A DNA stretch of 64,000 nucleotides from an uncultured delta proteobacterium (GTDB lineage: Bacteria; Myxococcota_A; Polyangia; Fen-1088). The translations under genes were made by a program, and so were the position numbers. The notes beneath the pieces are model-generated. The model was not told the DNA's origin, made no database searches, and saw nothing but the letters and a program-made list of their open reading frames with translations. Below are positions 30,109 to 40,958 of this stretch, piece after piece. How positions within the stretch are numbered: position 1 is the first letter of the stretch; every line of letters starts with the position of its first letter. The stretch is taken from contig CAVYGB010000008.1 of assembly GCA_963767925.1 (NCBI GenBank), positions 896,001 to 960,000 of the forward strand. The letters run 5' to 3'.

Positions 30109-32400
30109 TCACATCGCTCCGACGTAGCCGAGCGCCTCGAGCTGGCGCTTCAGCTCGGGGTCGAATTTCACGCGGGAGGCCTCGAAACGGCGCTGGGGGG
30201 GGTGGGCGTCGCGGAAGCGAGCGGCCTTGTCGGGGGTGGCCAGCGCCTCGGCCAGATGTTGCTCGCAGAGCCGACGGGCGACAGGCGCCTGGGCGGCGAT
30301 GTCGACGCGCTCGGCGGGGTCGGCGACCAGGTCGAACAGCCTGCGGCCGCCGGAGGCGCTGGCCAGCAGCTTCCACGACCCCACCATCACGGCCCGCTGG
30401 ACTTCGAGGAACTCGCTGAGCGCGTAGCTGGGGATACTCGGGGGTCGCCCGGCCAGGGTAGGGAGCAGCGAGACGCCGTCCAGCCCTGGCCGGGGTGACA
30501 GACTCAAGGTCTCGAGGATGGTTGGCAGCAGGTCGACCAGCTCCACGACGGCGTGCACGCGGCTGGCCTCGAAGCGGGAAGGGTAACGGAGCAGCAGCGG
30601 CGAGCGGATGAGCTCCTGGTAGAGCGTGTGCCCGTGTCCGTGGCGGCCGTGGTCGGCGATCTCTTCACCATGGTCGTTCGTCACGACCACCAGGGTCTGA
30701 TCCAGGAGCTTCGAGGCGGTCAGGGCGTCCAGGAACGTGCCGAGGTGCAGGTCGTGGTAGCTGATCTCGCCGTGGTAGAGGGCCCGCATCCAGCGGACGT
30801 CGGCGGCCGTGGCGGGCTTCTTGCCCTGGGAGATGGCCGCCTGCTCGAAGCCGTCGACCGTGGGGCCGAGAGGACCTCGGTAGGGTTCCGGGTGGTACAT
30901 CCGGACCTGCTCGGGTGGGGGGCCGTAGGTCACGTGGGGATCGATGGTCTGGAGGTATAGGAAGAAGCGGCGTCCCTGGTTGGCCTCGAGCCAGGTGAGG
31001 GCGTCGGAGAAGACGTGTTCGGCCTCGGAGGGGCGGTTCTCGCGGATGTAGTTGCGATAGGTGTCCCATCCCCGCCGGAAGCCGAACTTCTCGCTGCAAT
31101 ATCCATTGGCGATGAAGGCGGCGGTGGCGAAGCCCTGCGCCTTGAGGATCTCCGGCAGGATCGCCACGTCTTCGCTGAGGACGTCCGGCTCGCGCTTCGC
31201 GCCATGGGTCGAAGGATAAAGTCCCGACAGGATGGTCGCGACCGATGGCTTGGTCCAGTTCTCGTTGGCGTACGCGTTCAGGAACACCGCGGAGGTGCGG
31301 GCGAGCCGGTCGAAGGAGGGTGTCTTCACCCGTGAGCGCGGATTGAAGGGGGTGAAGACGTCGGCCCGGGCCGTGTCCATCACGAGGACGATGACCCCTC
31401 GGGGCCGTGGCGCGGGCGGCGGGGCGGGCGTGGGAGGCGCCGACCTCGGGACCATGATCTCGGGGTCGCCCCAACCTGAGGCCGTGTCACCTTCGGTCTC
31501 GAGCTCCAGCCGGACGGCCTTCTGGTCGAAAGCGCTCAGATCCACGACGGCCTCCCGCCACCGTCCCGGCGTCGCCCGATCCTGGAAGAGCTGCTGGCGC
31601 CGCCGGCCATCCACCAGGACCTTGATCGTAAAGAGCGTGTCGCCCGCGCTGCCATAGTCGAAGACCAGGGCCGCTCCGGGCGGAGGCTGCAGGTGAAAGG
31701 CGTAAGTTCGCGAGGTGGGCGCCCGCAGGGCCCGCAGGGTGCGACCGCCGATGGCGAGCGGAGCCACCCGGGTGAAGGCCTCGGCAGGAGAGGTGGCCCC
31801 CGCGCTGCGGGGCAACCACAGCCAGTCGATCTCGACCCGACGTTTGCCGGGCTGGCGAGCGAGCTCAAGCTTGAGGTCATGCCAGCCGGGGGCCGGTCGC
31901 GGGCGGCCGACCGGCAAGCGGAGTTCGGTCCAGCCCGAACCAAGAGAGGCGCTTCCGATCGGTCTGTCATCCAGCCGCACGGTGACATCGAGGGGCCTAC
32001 CGGGAGAACGCAGCCGCGCCACCACCTTCCTGACGGGCAGATGGTCCGGTTCAAGGAAGAACCGCACCGCGAGCGACCGGCCCGTCACGGCCGCGAAGGT
32101 CGTACCACCGGGGTCGGTGGCGCGCTGGCTCGATCCGTTCTTCCAACCACCCTGGATGTATTTGTGCTGGTCGCCGGTTCCGAAGTCGACGAGCAGGCCA
32201 CCGGCCGACAGCTCGGCTCTTTGTGCCTCGTTGACCAGGGAGCGGACGCCCTCGCGCCGGGGACGTTCGCTGGGCGTGTCGCGGTTGGGCGTGGCTTCCG
32301 CCGCGCGCGGAATCTCGACCGGTGTCGGACCGTCGGCCCGGCAGGCCGCCACGCCGGCGGCGCACAGGACGAACGCAGGCCAGGGGCGCCGTCGTGGCAT
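30109..32400 (-). CDS. Lipoprotein with beta-sandwich domains and a sulfatase/alkaline-phosphatase-superfamily domain
   Basis: Lipobox VAAC; VMDTARAD, WTKPSVATILSGLYP, DPH..Y, DHGEE..HG..HGH.LY.E. Confidence 0.88.
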   Translation of the reverse strand: MPRRRPWPAFVLCAAGVAACRADGPTPVEIPRAAEATPNRDTPSERPRREGVRSLVNEAQRAELSAGGLLVDFGTGDQHKYIQGGWKNGSSQRATDPGGTTFAAVTGRSLAVRFFLEPDHLPVRKVVARLRSPGRPLDVTVRLDDRPIGSASLGSGWTELRLPVGRPRPAPGWHDLKLELARQPGKRRVEIDWLWLPRSAGATSPAEAFTRVAPLAIGGRTLRALRAPTSRTYAFHLQPPPGAALVFDYGSAGDTLFTIKVLVDGRRRQQLFQDRATPGRWREAVVDLSAFDQKAVRLELETEGDTASGWGDPEIMVPRSAPPTPAPPPAPRPRGVIVLVMDTARADVFTPFNPRSRVKTPSFDRLARTSAVFLNAYANENWTKPSVATILSGLYPSTHGAKREPDVLSEDVAILPEILKAQGFATAAFIANGYCSEKFGFRRGWDTYRNYIRENRPSEAEHVFSDALTWLEANQGRRFFLYLQTIDPHVTYGPPPEQVRMYHPEPYRGPLGPTVDGFEQAAISQGKKPATAADVRWMRALYHGEISYHDLHLGTFLDALTASKLLDQTLVVVTNDHGEEIADHGRHGHGHTLYQELIRSPLLLRYPSRFEASRVHAVVELVDLLPTILETLSLSPRPGLDGVSLLPTLAGRPPSIPSYALSEFLEVQRAVMVGSWKLLASASGGRRLFDLVADPAERVDIAAQAPVARRLCEQHLAEALATPDKAARFRDAHPPQRRFEASRVKFDPELKRQLEALGYVGAM

Positions 32401-32586
32401 CACGACCGTCTCACGACGACGCGCATCGGAGTCCCCCGGGGGTTGACCTCGACCCGGTCGCGAAGTGCCGCCGTGGCCGTCCCGGATCGGGTGGTCGTGA
32501 GGCTGGCCAGGGCGGCAACGGGCAATACGGGCGCGCGTGACGAACGTTGCGGCAATCTCCCTCCCATGGTTGTCGACTATCCCAGG

Positions 32587-32602
32587 AGCAGACGGCATGC
32601 CA
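32587..32602 (-). promoter_or_regulatory. Putative sigma54 promoter of the sulfatase-like gene
   Basis: TGGCATG-CCGT-CTGCT with GG-N10-GC spacing intact, ~190 nt upstream of the ATG. Confidence 0.4.
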
Positions 32603-32767
32603 CGCACTCGGAGGTGCGTTGCCGGCCGAAGCCGGACGGGGCGCAGGGATGGTCGGAGCTGCGGCGTGGCGAGGCGCCACACGTGGCGAACCGCCACGGC
32701 CCCTGCGATCCCCGTTCAAGCCCTGAGCCGTCCGGAGGTGCCTCGCCGGCACGAGGTCGACACCCGG

Positions 32768-32940
32768 ACGGCCTCGGCGTCGTCAGAAATCTGGCCGTCC
32801 AGGGCCGGAGCCCGCGTTTCATCCTGATGACCGCCTTCAGCGAGCGAGCGCTGCACGCGGAAGCTCGGCGGCTGGGCGCTCTAGCCAGCCGTGTTCGACA
32901 AGCCCTTCGATCTCGATGACCTGCGTCGCGCGTCCGTCAC
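32768..32940 (+). pseudogene. Fragment: C-terminal half of a receiver domain
   Basis: DGLGVVRNL..PRFILMTAF...ARRLGA, then frameshifted VFDKPFDLDDL. The N-terminal half is absent. Confidence 0.55.
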
Positions 32941-33003
32941 GTCGCCCTTCGACTGGCGCTCACCTGGTCCGCGCGGCGAGGTCCAGCAACCGCTCGCACC
33001 AGG

Positions 33004-34959
<1,956 letters not shown>

Positions 34960-35001
34960 GGCTCCTTGGTCGGGCGGGTGGGGGCGGGCGGTTGCGAGGA
35001 T

Positions 35002-35949
35002 TCAGCGCTGGTGGCCGGGCCGGACATCGATGGTCGGATGGCGGGACACCAGCGACCGGAGGTTGGCCAGGGCGGTGGCGTTGCCAGGCCCGTCCATCGA
35101 GAAGCTGCCGGGCTCGACCCCGTTGTCCCAGCCCCAGCGGGTGTGGCAGGTGTCGCCGGTGAGAAGGACCGGGCCGCGGGGCGTGCGCACCAGGTAGGCC
35201 GTGCTGCCGGCGGTGTGGCCGGGGACCCAGATGGCGGCCACCGAACCGTCTCCGAAGACGTCGATCACGCCCGCCTGGCGCTGGTCGGGGTCGGGGGTGA
35301 AGGCCCATTGCCGGAGCTCGCCGTGGCCCTCGAGCACGGAGTCCGTCGATCCCCGGCCGAACAGGTTGAGGAACGCCCGCTGGCTGGCCTCTCCGGGGCC
35401 CGTGTAGATGGCGGTGCCCCGCGGGACGTCGGGCAGGCCGATGATGTGATCGAGGTGCAGGTGGGTCAACAGCACGCCGGCCACGGGCTGTCCGAGGCGG
35501 GCCACCAGGGTCGCGGTATCGACGCCGAGGCGCATCTGTTCGGGGTGCAGGACCTTGCGCACGATCCAGCCCACTCCGAGGCTGCCTGCGTCCTCGACGA
35601 AGCGCCGGCTCACGCCGGTGTCCACGAGGAAGACACCCTGGGTCGGGTGGCGCAGCACGTGGGCATAGACCTGGATGGGCTCCTCGCCGTCCGTGAGCCG
35701 GGCGGTCTTCGCCTTCGGGTGGTCGAGGTTGATGAGGCCGGCGCGCGCGACCTTCCAGTCGGCGCCCACCACCGTCTCCACCTCGACTGGCCCAGGCTGA
35801 TCGACGACCGCCTCCAGGCCGCCGCTCGACCAGAGCTTGCCGAGGGTCGCCCGCCCGCTGGGGTGGGTGCTGGCGGCGCAGCCTCCCGGGCCGGCCCCGA
35901 TGGCGGCGAGCAGCGCTCCGAGAACTACGAGTCGTCCGGGCATGGTCAT
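35002..35949 (-). CDS. Secreted metallo-beta-lactamase-fold hydrolase (AHL-lactonase-like)
   Basis: LVDTG, THLHLDH, DVFGDG, PGHTAG, LLTGD, PGHQ; N-terminal signal with GGC. Confidence 0.85.
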   Translation of the reverse strand: MTMPGRLVVLGALLAAIGAGPGGCAASTHPSGRATLGKLWSSGGLEAVVDQPGPVEVETVVGADWKVARAGLINLDHPKAKTARLTDGEEPIQVYAHVLRHPTQGVFLVDTGVSRRFVEDAGSLGVGWIVRKVLHPEQMRLGVDTATLVARLGQPVAGVLLTHLHLDHIIGLPDVPRGTAIYTGPGEASQRAFLNLFGRGSTDSVLEGHGELRQWAFTPDPDQRQAGVIDVFGDGSVAAIWVPGHTAGSTAYLVRTPRGPVLLTGDTCHTRWGWDNGVEPGSFSMDGPGNATALANLRSLVSRHPTIDVRPGHQR

Positions 35950-36127
35950 GACCTCCAGCCGCCAACTGTTGGCCGTTTCCGATCCAGAGACCATCTGTTA
36001 TCTTCGCTCCCGTTCTTCGACCCCCCGGAGCTCTGGCGCCAAGGGGCGCGCTGAACGCGTCCGGCAGGGGGCGGGCTACTTGCTCCGACCGTAGCGCGAC
36101 GCCCCTGGGCCGGCGGGGCGGAGAGGA

Positions 36128-37036
36128 TCAGGGCAGGAGGGCCCAGTCGATGGCGGCGCTCAGCAGGCGGAGGCCGGCGGCGCCCAGGTTCGGGGCGGCG
36201 TCGTCGGTGGCGAAGAAGCCGACCCGGCGGTCGGCGGCCACCACGGTGGCCATCATCGCGCCCTTGGGGTAGCCGAAGATCGCGACCTGATCGACGCTGC
36301 CTGGAATCGCCGCTACCGGCTCGGCGGCGGGCGCGGGCCGACCCCAACCCAGGTTCGAGGAGGCGCCCACCACGGCGATGGTGCCCTGAAGGCCAGCGGC
36401 CATCGGGTGGCCGGGCATCAGGATGGTCAAGGAACCACCCACCGATCGACCGAGGCCCGCCCCGGGGGCGCCGGTCATGCCCATGGTGTCGTAGACCGCG
36501 GCCTCGCTGCTGAGCAGGGGGACCATCACGTCCCGGTACTTCGTGGCCAGGGTGTTCGAGGAGCAGCTCCCGGAGAGCACGACGAGGCTGACGCCCGTCA
36601 CGTTGACGGCGGCGTTGTCGTCGACGACCCGCACGGTGAGCCCCCGGCCGAGCAGCGCGGTCCGGAGGCGGTTGTCGCCGCCGGACAACGTGCCCGGGAC
36701 ACCGACAACGAGCAGCGCGATCCGGGCGGCGGGCGCCTCCGCGGCGGCCTCCGTCGGTCCGTCGGCGATGGCGTTGACCTCGGGCTGGGCCGGCGGGCGG
36801 TCCGGCGAGGGGGCATCGACCCGAGGCGCCCGATCGATGCGGGCATCGACGGCGTCGACCCCGCCCTCCCGGCGGGGTGGCCCGTCCCTACCGGGAGGGG
36901 CTCCCGGTCCATCGGCGCTGGCGGGGGCGATCCGCGCGTCTTCCGAGACCGGGTCGATCACGCCGGCGCGGTCGACTCCCTGGGGAGCGCAGGCGATCGT
37001 GAGGAGCAAGCCAGCAAGGAATCGAAGCGGGGGCAT
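36128..37036 (-). CDS. Lipoprotein with low-complexity linker and an alpha/beta (class-I GATase/ThuA-like) C-terminal domain
   Basis: Lipobox TIAC; Pro/Asp/Ala linker; LVVLS..VPLL..E..HPMAAGL..RRVGFF..AAIDWA. Confidence 0.6.
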   Translation of the reverse strand: MPPLRFLAGLLLTIACAPQGVDRAGVIDPVSEDARIAPASADGPGAPPGRDGPPRREGGVDAVDARIDRAPRVDAPSPDRPPAQPEVNAIADGPTEAAAEAPAARIALLVVGVPGTLSGGDNRLRTALLGRGLTVRVVDDNAAVNVTGVSLVVLSGSCSSNTLATKYRDVMVPLLSSEAAVYDTMGMTGAPGAGLGRSVGGSLTILMPGHPMAAGLQGTIAVVGASSNLGWGRPAPAAEPVAAIPGSVDQVAIFGYPKGAMMATVVAADRRVGFFATDDAAPNLGAAGLRLLSAAIDWALLP

Positions 37037-37180
37037 GGGGCACCTTGATAGCGGTTGGGTTGGTCAGGAGGGGTGAGCTGGCTCCTCCCGCCAGGCAAGC
37101 TTACACCCCGGAAGATCCCGCGGGCAGAGAGCATACCCTCCAGTAACAGAGGTGCGGTCTGCCGCGGGGGCACGGCCGGC

Positions 37181-38311
37181 CTACTGACTGGCCCAGGGGA
37201 GGAACGCACGGTCGGCCATGATCATGAAGGCCCGTTCGGCCCACAGCTTCTGGCCAGCCATGTTCAGGTGTCGGTCGTCTTCCATGGAGAGTCCGACGGT
37301 CGGAATGACCGCCGAGCGCGGGTCCCGCTCGGGCAACATCCGGAGCTGCGGGCGCACAATCCGGCCATATTCGCCATTGGGCGCGTAGATGCCCGTGCCG
37401 TCTTCGTTCCAGTCACCCACAAGCAACGGAAGGTCGGGGACGCCGAGGTCGGCGCGGACCTCGTTGATGATGCCGAGGATGCAGTCGCCGGTGCTGGCCA
37501 GGCCCTGGGAGCCGGTGTGGTACTCGGTGATGCCGAACATGGTGAACAGCCCGCCGAAGGTGACCTTGCCCTTCAGCTCGAGCGCTTCGTCCATGTACTC
37601 GCGGTACAGGGGGCGGCCCTTCCGGAAGTTGGGGCAATAGCCGATGGTGCTGCCGCTGTGGCCGTGCCCGATGGAGATCATGTACGCGTCGGGCGCCTGC
37701 TCGAGGCCCAGGCGCAAGATGGCCATGCCCGGCCCCGACTTGCCCGCCGATCCCTCGTCGCCGGCGGTGTTGGGCTCGCGCGCTTGCACGAAGCGCCCGC
37801 CGCGCTGGTAGACCCAGAGCTGGGGGTGGGGATCGAACATGAACGGGCGAAGGCTGGCTGGACCGGTGGCTCGACCGGCCATGTCGGAGTGGCCGATGTG
37901 CAGGAACACGATCGCCTTCTCCCGGGGTACGAATCGTCCTCCGATTGTGACCCCGACGGTGGCGGCCGGTGGGCCGGCGTCCACGGCAGGGGGAACGTTC
38001 GCGGCGGCGTCGCCCCTCACCGGGCCCGCGTCGGCGACCGGCCCGGCTCCGCCCGAGCCACCGGCCGGCCCGGCGGATCCCGCGGCGCCCGCGGTCGCCG
38101 GGGGAGCGACGGGACCGGACGTGCCTCCGGATCCCGCGGCGCCCGTCGACCCCGAAGCGCCCCCCGTCCCGGGAGGTGGCGGGGCCGGGTTGGGCGCCGC
38201 CGGGTTCTCTGGCTCCAGCTCGGGGTAGGGGTGCACCTTGACGCCGCAGGCGGCGGACAGCCCGACGACAGCGATCAGAAGGTGGAGGCGGCAGGGGAGC
38301 GAGATCGTCAT
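37181..38311 (-). CDS. Lipoprotein with CE6/SASA-like SGNH esterase domain, copy 2
   Basis: GAAGGA RBS; SAAC lipobox; Gly/Pro linker; IGHSDM and DDRH; paralog of 9084-10211. Confidence 0.75.
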   Translation of the reverse strand: MTISLPCRLHLLIAVVGLSAACGVKVHPYPELEPENPAAPNPAPPPPGTGGASGSTGAAGSGGTSGPVAPPATAGAAGSAGPAGGSGGAGPVADAGPVRGDAAANVPPAVDAGPPAATVGVTIGGRFVPREKAIVFLHIGHSDMAGRATGPASLRPFMFDPHPQLWVYQRGGRFVQAREPNTAGDEGSAGKSGPGMAILRLGLEQAPDAYMISIGHGHSGSTIGYCPNFRKGRPLYREYMDEALELKGKVTFGGLFTMFGITEYHTGSQGLASTGDCILGIINEVRADLGVPDLPLLVGDWNEDGTGIYAPNGEYGRIVRPQLRMLPERDPRSAVIPTVGLSMEDDRHLNMAGQKLWAERAFMIMADRAFLPWASQ

Positions 38312-38321
38312 GGGTGTCCTT

Positions 38322-39428
38322 CTAGAAGGGTGACAGCGCGAGGCCGACACCAGCGGTCCAGGGTTGCAGGCCGCTGACGTGGTAGGGGAGGGAGGCGCCC
38401 ACCAGGAGGGCGACCCAGTCCGTCGACCACTCCAGCGAGGCGTTGGCAGACAGCATCCAGGGCGGTCGATCGTCCGAGGCCAGCCCGCGGTCGCGGTCGG
38501 CGCCCCAGAACGCCGTGGCCGAGACCCCGATCGCCGGCACGACCGGACCGAGCAGGTAGCCGGCGTAGCTGTAGACGGTTCCAGAGGGGGCCCGGAAGTT
38601 CTCCAGCTGGTTGGCCCGGCCGGGATACGAGACCACGCCGCCGATGACCACCGGGCCCCACAGGTTGTCGAGGACGTGGTCGACGAGCAGACCGCCGCTG
38701 GGCTCCCCCACGCCGAGCTGGCGATCCTGGCGGAGGTAGTTGCCGAGGTGACTCGCCTGATGGCTGCCGGTCGGCAAGCCCAGCGAGAGGGTGACGGTCG
38801 TGGCGGCGATGGGGCCGAAGCGCCTGCTCAGGAGCAGGTTGACGTCGCCGAGGCCCTTGTTGGAAAGATCGAACCGCAGGCCGAAGGGGTCGGTGTGATA
38901 TTTGTAAAGATACGGGACCACCACGCCGACGTTCCAGCGGTCGCCGAGGTCGGCGCTGATCTGATTCTGGACCGAGTAGACGTAACCGTCGGAGAACCTG
39001 GTGTAGCTCACCTGGCTCTGCACGTTGACCAGGCCACCCGAGACATTGCGACCGATCCATTTTATCCCGCCGATGCCGGTGGAGCTGCCCGCCCCGCAAC
39101 CGGCCACCGAATGCCAGGTGGCGAGGAGGACGCCCGACCGCGTCGGAGGCAGGGGCGCGCGGGCTGACGCGAGCCGAACGCTGGCCGTCATCGCCCGGTC
39201 GGTTCGGTGCATCAGCACCGCCAGGCGCCGCTCGATATCGCGCAGCTCGGCGGCAAGCGAGCCCAGAAACACGCCCAGGATGGCGACCGCCAACGCAGCG
39301 CCCACCCGGCCCCAGGGGACTACCGACGAGTTCCGATGCGATGTGGAGAGGATCAACGGATCGAAAGGCACACCCAGCAGTGGCGTGAGGGGCACGGGAT
39401 CCTTCAAATGACCGAGCGCGGCCGCCAT
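38322..39428 (-). CDS. Predicted outer-membrane beta-barrel, copy 2 (start uncertain)
   Basis: IKWIGRNVSGGL, VVPYLYKY, KGLGD, GLPTG, EWSTDW; C-terminal LALSPF. Confidence 0.6.
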   Translation of the reverse strand: MAAALGHLKDPVPLTPLLGVPFDPLILSTSHRNSSVVPWGRVGAALAVAILGVFLGSLAAELRDIERRLAVLMHRTDRAMTASVRLASARAPLPPTRSGVLLATWHSVAGCGAGSSTGIGGIKWIGRNVSGGLVNVQSQVSYTRFSDGYVYSVQNQISADLGDRWNVGVVVPYLYKYHTDPFGLRFDLSNKGLGDVNLLLSRRFGPIAATTVTLSLGLPTGSHQASHLGNYLRQDRQLGVGEPSGGLLVDHVLDNLWGPVVIGGVVSYPGRANQLENFRAPSGTVYSYAGYLLGPVVPAIGVSATAFWGADRDRGLASDDRPPWMLSANASLEWSTDWVALLVGASLPYHVSGLQPWTAGVGLALSPF

Positions 39429-39480
39429 TGTGATCGCCCCCTGAAACGGAGACGCTCGGCGGCGGTATCCGGCGCGTGGA

Positions 39481-40221
39481 TCAGCGGCCGGCCAGGAATT
39501 TGAAGCGCTGGAAGAGCGGCTCCGGGACGTTGCGGACCACCGCCATGATCGCCCGCCAGTACCCCGGGACGTAGGCCTCCTGCCGCCCGCCCTCGATGCC
39601 GGCCACGACGCCGGCCGCTACCCGGGTGGGGGTGGCGAAGAGGGCGTGTTTTCGGTGGCCGGTGGTCATCGGCGAGTCGACGGGTCCCAGCTTGAAGGTG
39701 TGGACCGCCGTCCCCGCGGCGAACAGCCGGCTGCGCAGACCCTGCATGAACACGTTCAGCGCCGCCTTGGAGGCGCCGTAAGTGAAGTTGCGCGGGCGCC
39801 CCCGTTCGCCCGCCACCGAGGAGAGGACGGCCAGGTGGCCCCCTCGAGCGGCCTCGAAGTGCCGGGCCAGCGGGACGAGCAGCGACACCATCGAGAGGAA
39901 GTTGGTGCGGATCACCTTCTCCGCCTCGGCGTAGTCCCGTTCGGTGGCGAGCTGGTCGCCCAGCCAGCCGTGGGCGGCGATGGCCCAGTCGAGGCCGCCC
40001 AGGCGTTCGATGGCCCGGGCCACCCGGTCGGCGTTGGCCTCGGTGTCGTCGAAGTCGGCCACCTCTGCCCCCACCACCGCCCCGGCCAGGGAGGCGACGA
40101 GGGCGTCGAGCTTCTCCTGGGAGCGGCCTCCCAGCAGATACAGGCGGTGGCCGCGGGCGGCCAGCAGGCGGGCGATCTCGCCGGCGATGGCCGAGGTGGC
40201 GCCCAGGATGAGCGTCCGCAT
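39481..40221 (-). CDS. DprE2-like short-chain dehydrogenase, second copy
   Basis: ILGATSAIA, SSVAGERGR..N..YGASK, KLGPVDSPMT; TGATG overlap with the upstream SDR. Confidence 0.88.
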   Translation of the reverse strand: MRTLILGATSAIAGEIARLLAARGHRLYLLGGRSQEKLDALVASLAGAVVGAEVADFDDTEANADRVARAIERLGGLDWAIAAHGWLGDQLATERDYAEAEKVIRTNFLSMVSLLVPLARHFEAARGGHLAVLSSVAGERGRPRNFTYGASKAALNVFMQGLRSRLFAAGTAVHTFKLGPVDSPMTTGHRKHALFATPTRVAAGVVAGIEGGRQEAYVPGYWRAIMAVVRNVPEPLFQRFKFLAGR

Positions 40222-40958
40222 CAGAACCCGATCTTCCGCATCACGAAGCGGGGCAGTGCCCGGATCACCGCCATGATCAGCGACCAGATGGCGGGCGCGT
40301 AGACCACCGGCGTGCCGCGGTCGATGGCCCGCAGGACCCGGCGGGCGACGTCGTCGGGCTCCCCCGCGAAGGGGGGCGGTCGCAACCCCGCGGTCATGTC
40401 GGTCTTCACGAAGCCCGGCTTGACGCAGATGGTGCGCAGCCCTTCGCCGTGGAACTTGTGGTCGAGGGCTTCGAGGTAACGGGTCAGCCCCGCCTTGGCG
40501 GCGCCATAGAACAGCACGGGCTTGCGGCCGCGTTCGCCCGCCACCGAGCTGAACACGCACAGGGTCCCGCCCCCCCGGGCCAGCAGCCGCTTGCGGGCCT
40601 CCTCGCAGAACAGGATGGTATTGGTGAAGTCGGCGGTGAGCAGCCGCTCGAGCGCGTGGCTGCTCTCTTCCAGCTCCTGCTGGGGGGCGAACAGCCCGGC
40701 GGTCACCACCACCACCTCGATGCCGCCGAGGGTGGCCTCGGCCTGGGCCAGCGCCGGCGCGAAGGTCTCGGGCCGCATGAGGTCGCAGGCGGCGGTTCCC
40801 ACCGCGGCCAGCTCGCCGCGGATCTCCAGGTCGCGGGCGCTCTTCTCGCTGGCGGCCGGATCCCTTCCCAGCAGGAAGAGCTGGTCTCCGCGAGCGGCCA
40901 TCTGGCGGGCCAGAGCCCGGCCCATGCCCCGCGTCCCTCCGAGCAGGACCACCTTCAT
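40221..40958 (-). CDS. DprE2-like short-chain dehydrogenase, first copy
   Basis: LLGGTRGMG, SSVAGERGR...YGAAK, KPGFVKTDMT; ATGA overlap with the DprE1-like gene. Confidence 0.88.
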   Translation of the reverse strand: MKVVLLGGTRGMGRALARQMAARGDQLFLLGRDPAASEKSARDLEIRGELAAVGTAACDLMRPETFAPALAQAEATLGGIEVVVVTAGLFAPQQELEESSHALERLLTADFTNTILFCEEARKRLLARGGGTLCVFSSVAGERGRKPVLFYGAAKAGLTRYLEALDHKFHGEGLRTICVKPGFVKTDMTAGLRPPPFAGEPDDVARRVLRAIDRGTPVVYAPAIWSLIMAVIRALPRFVMRKIGF

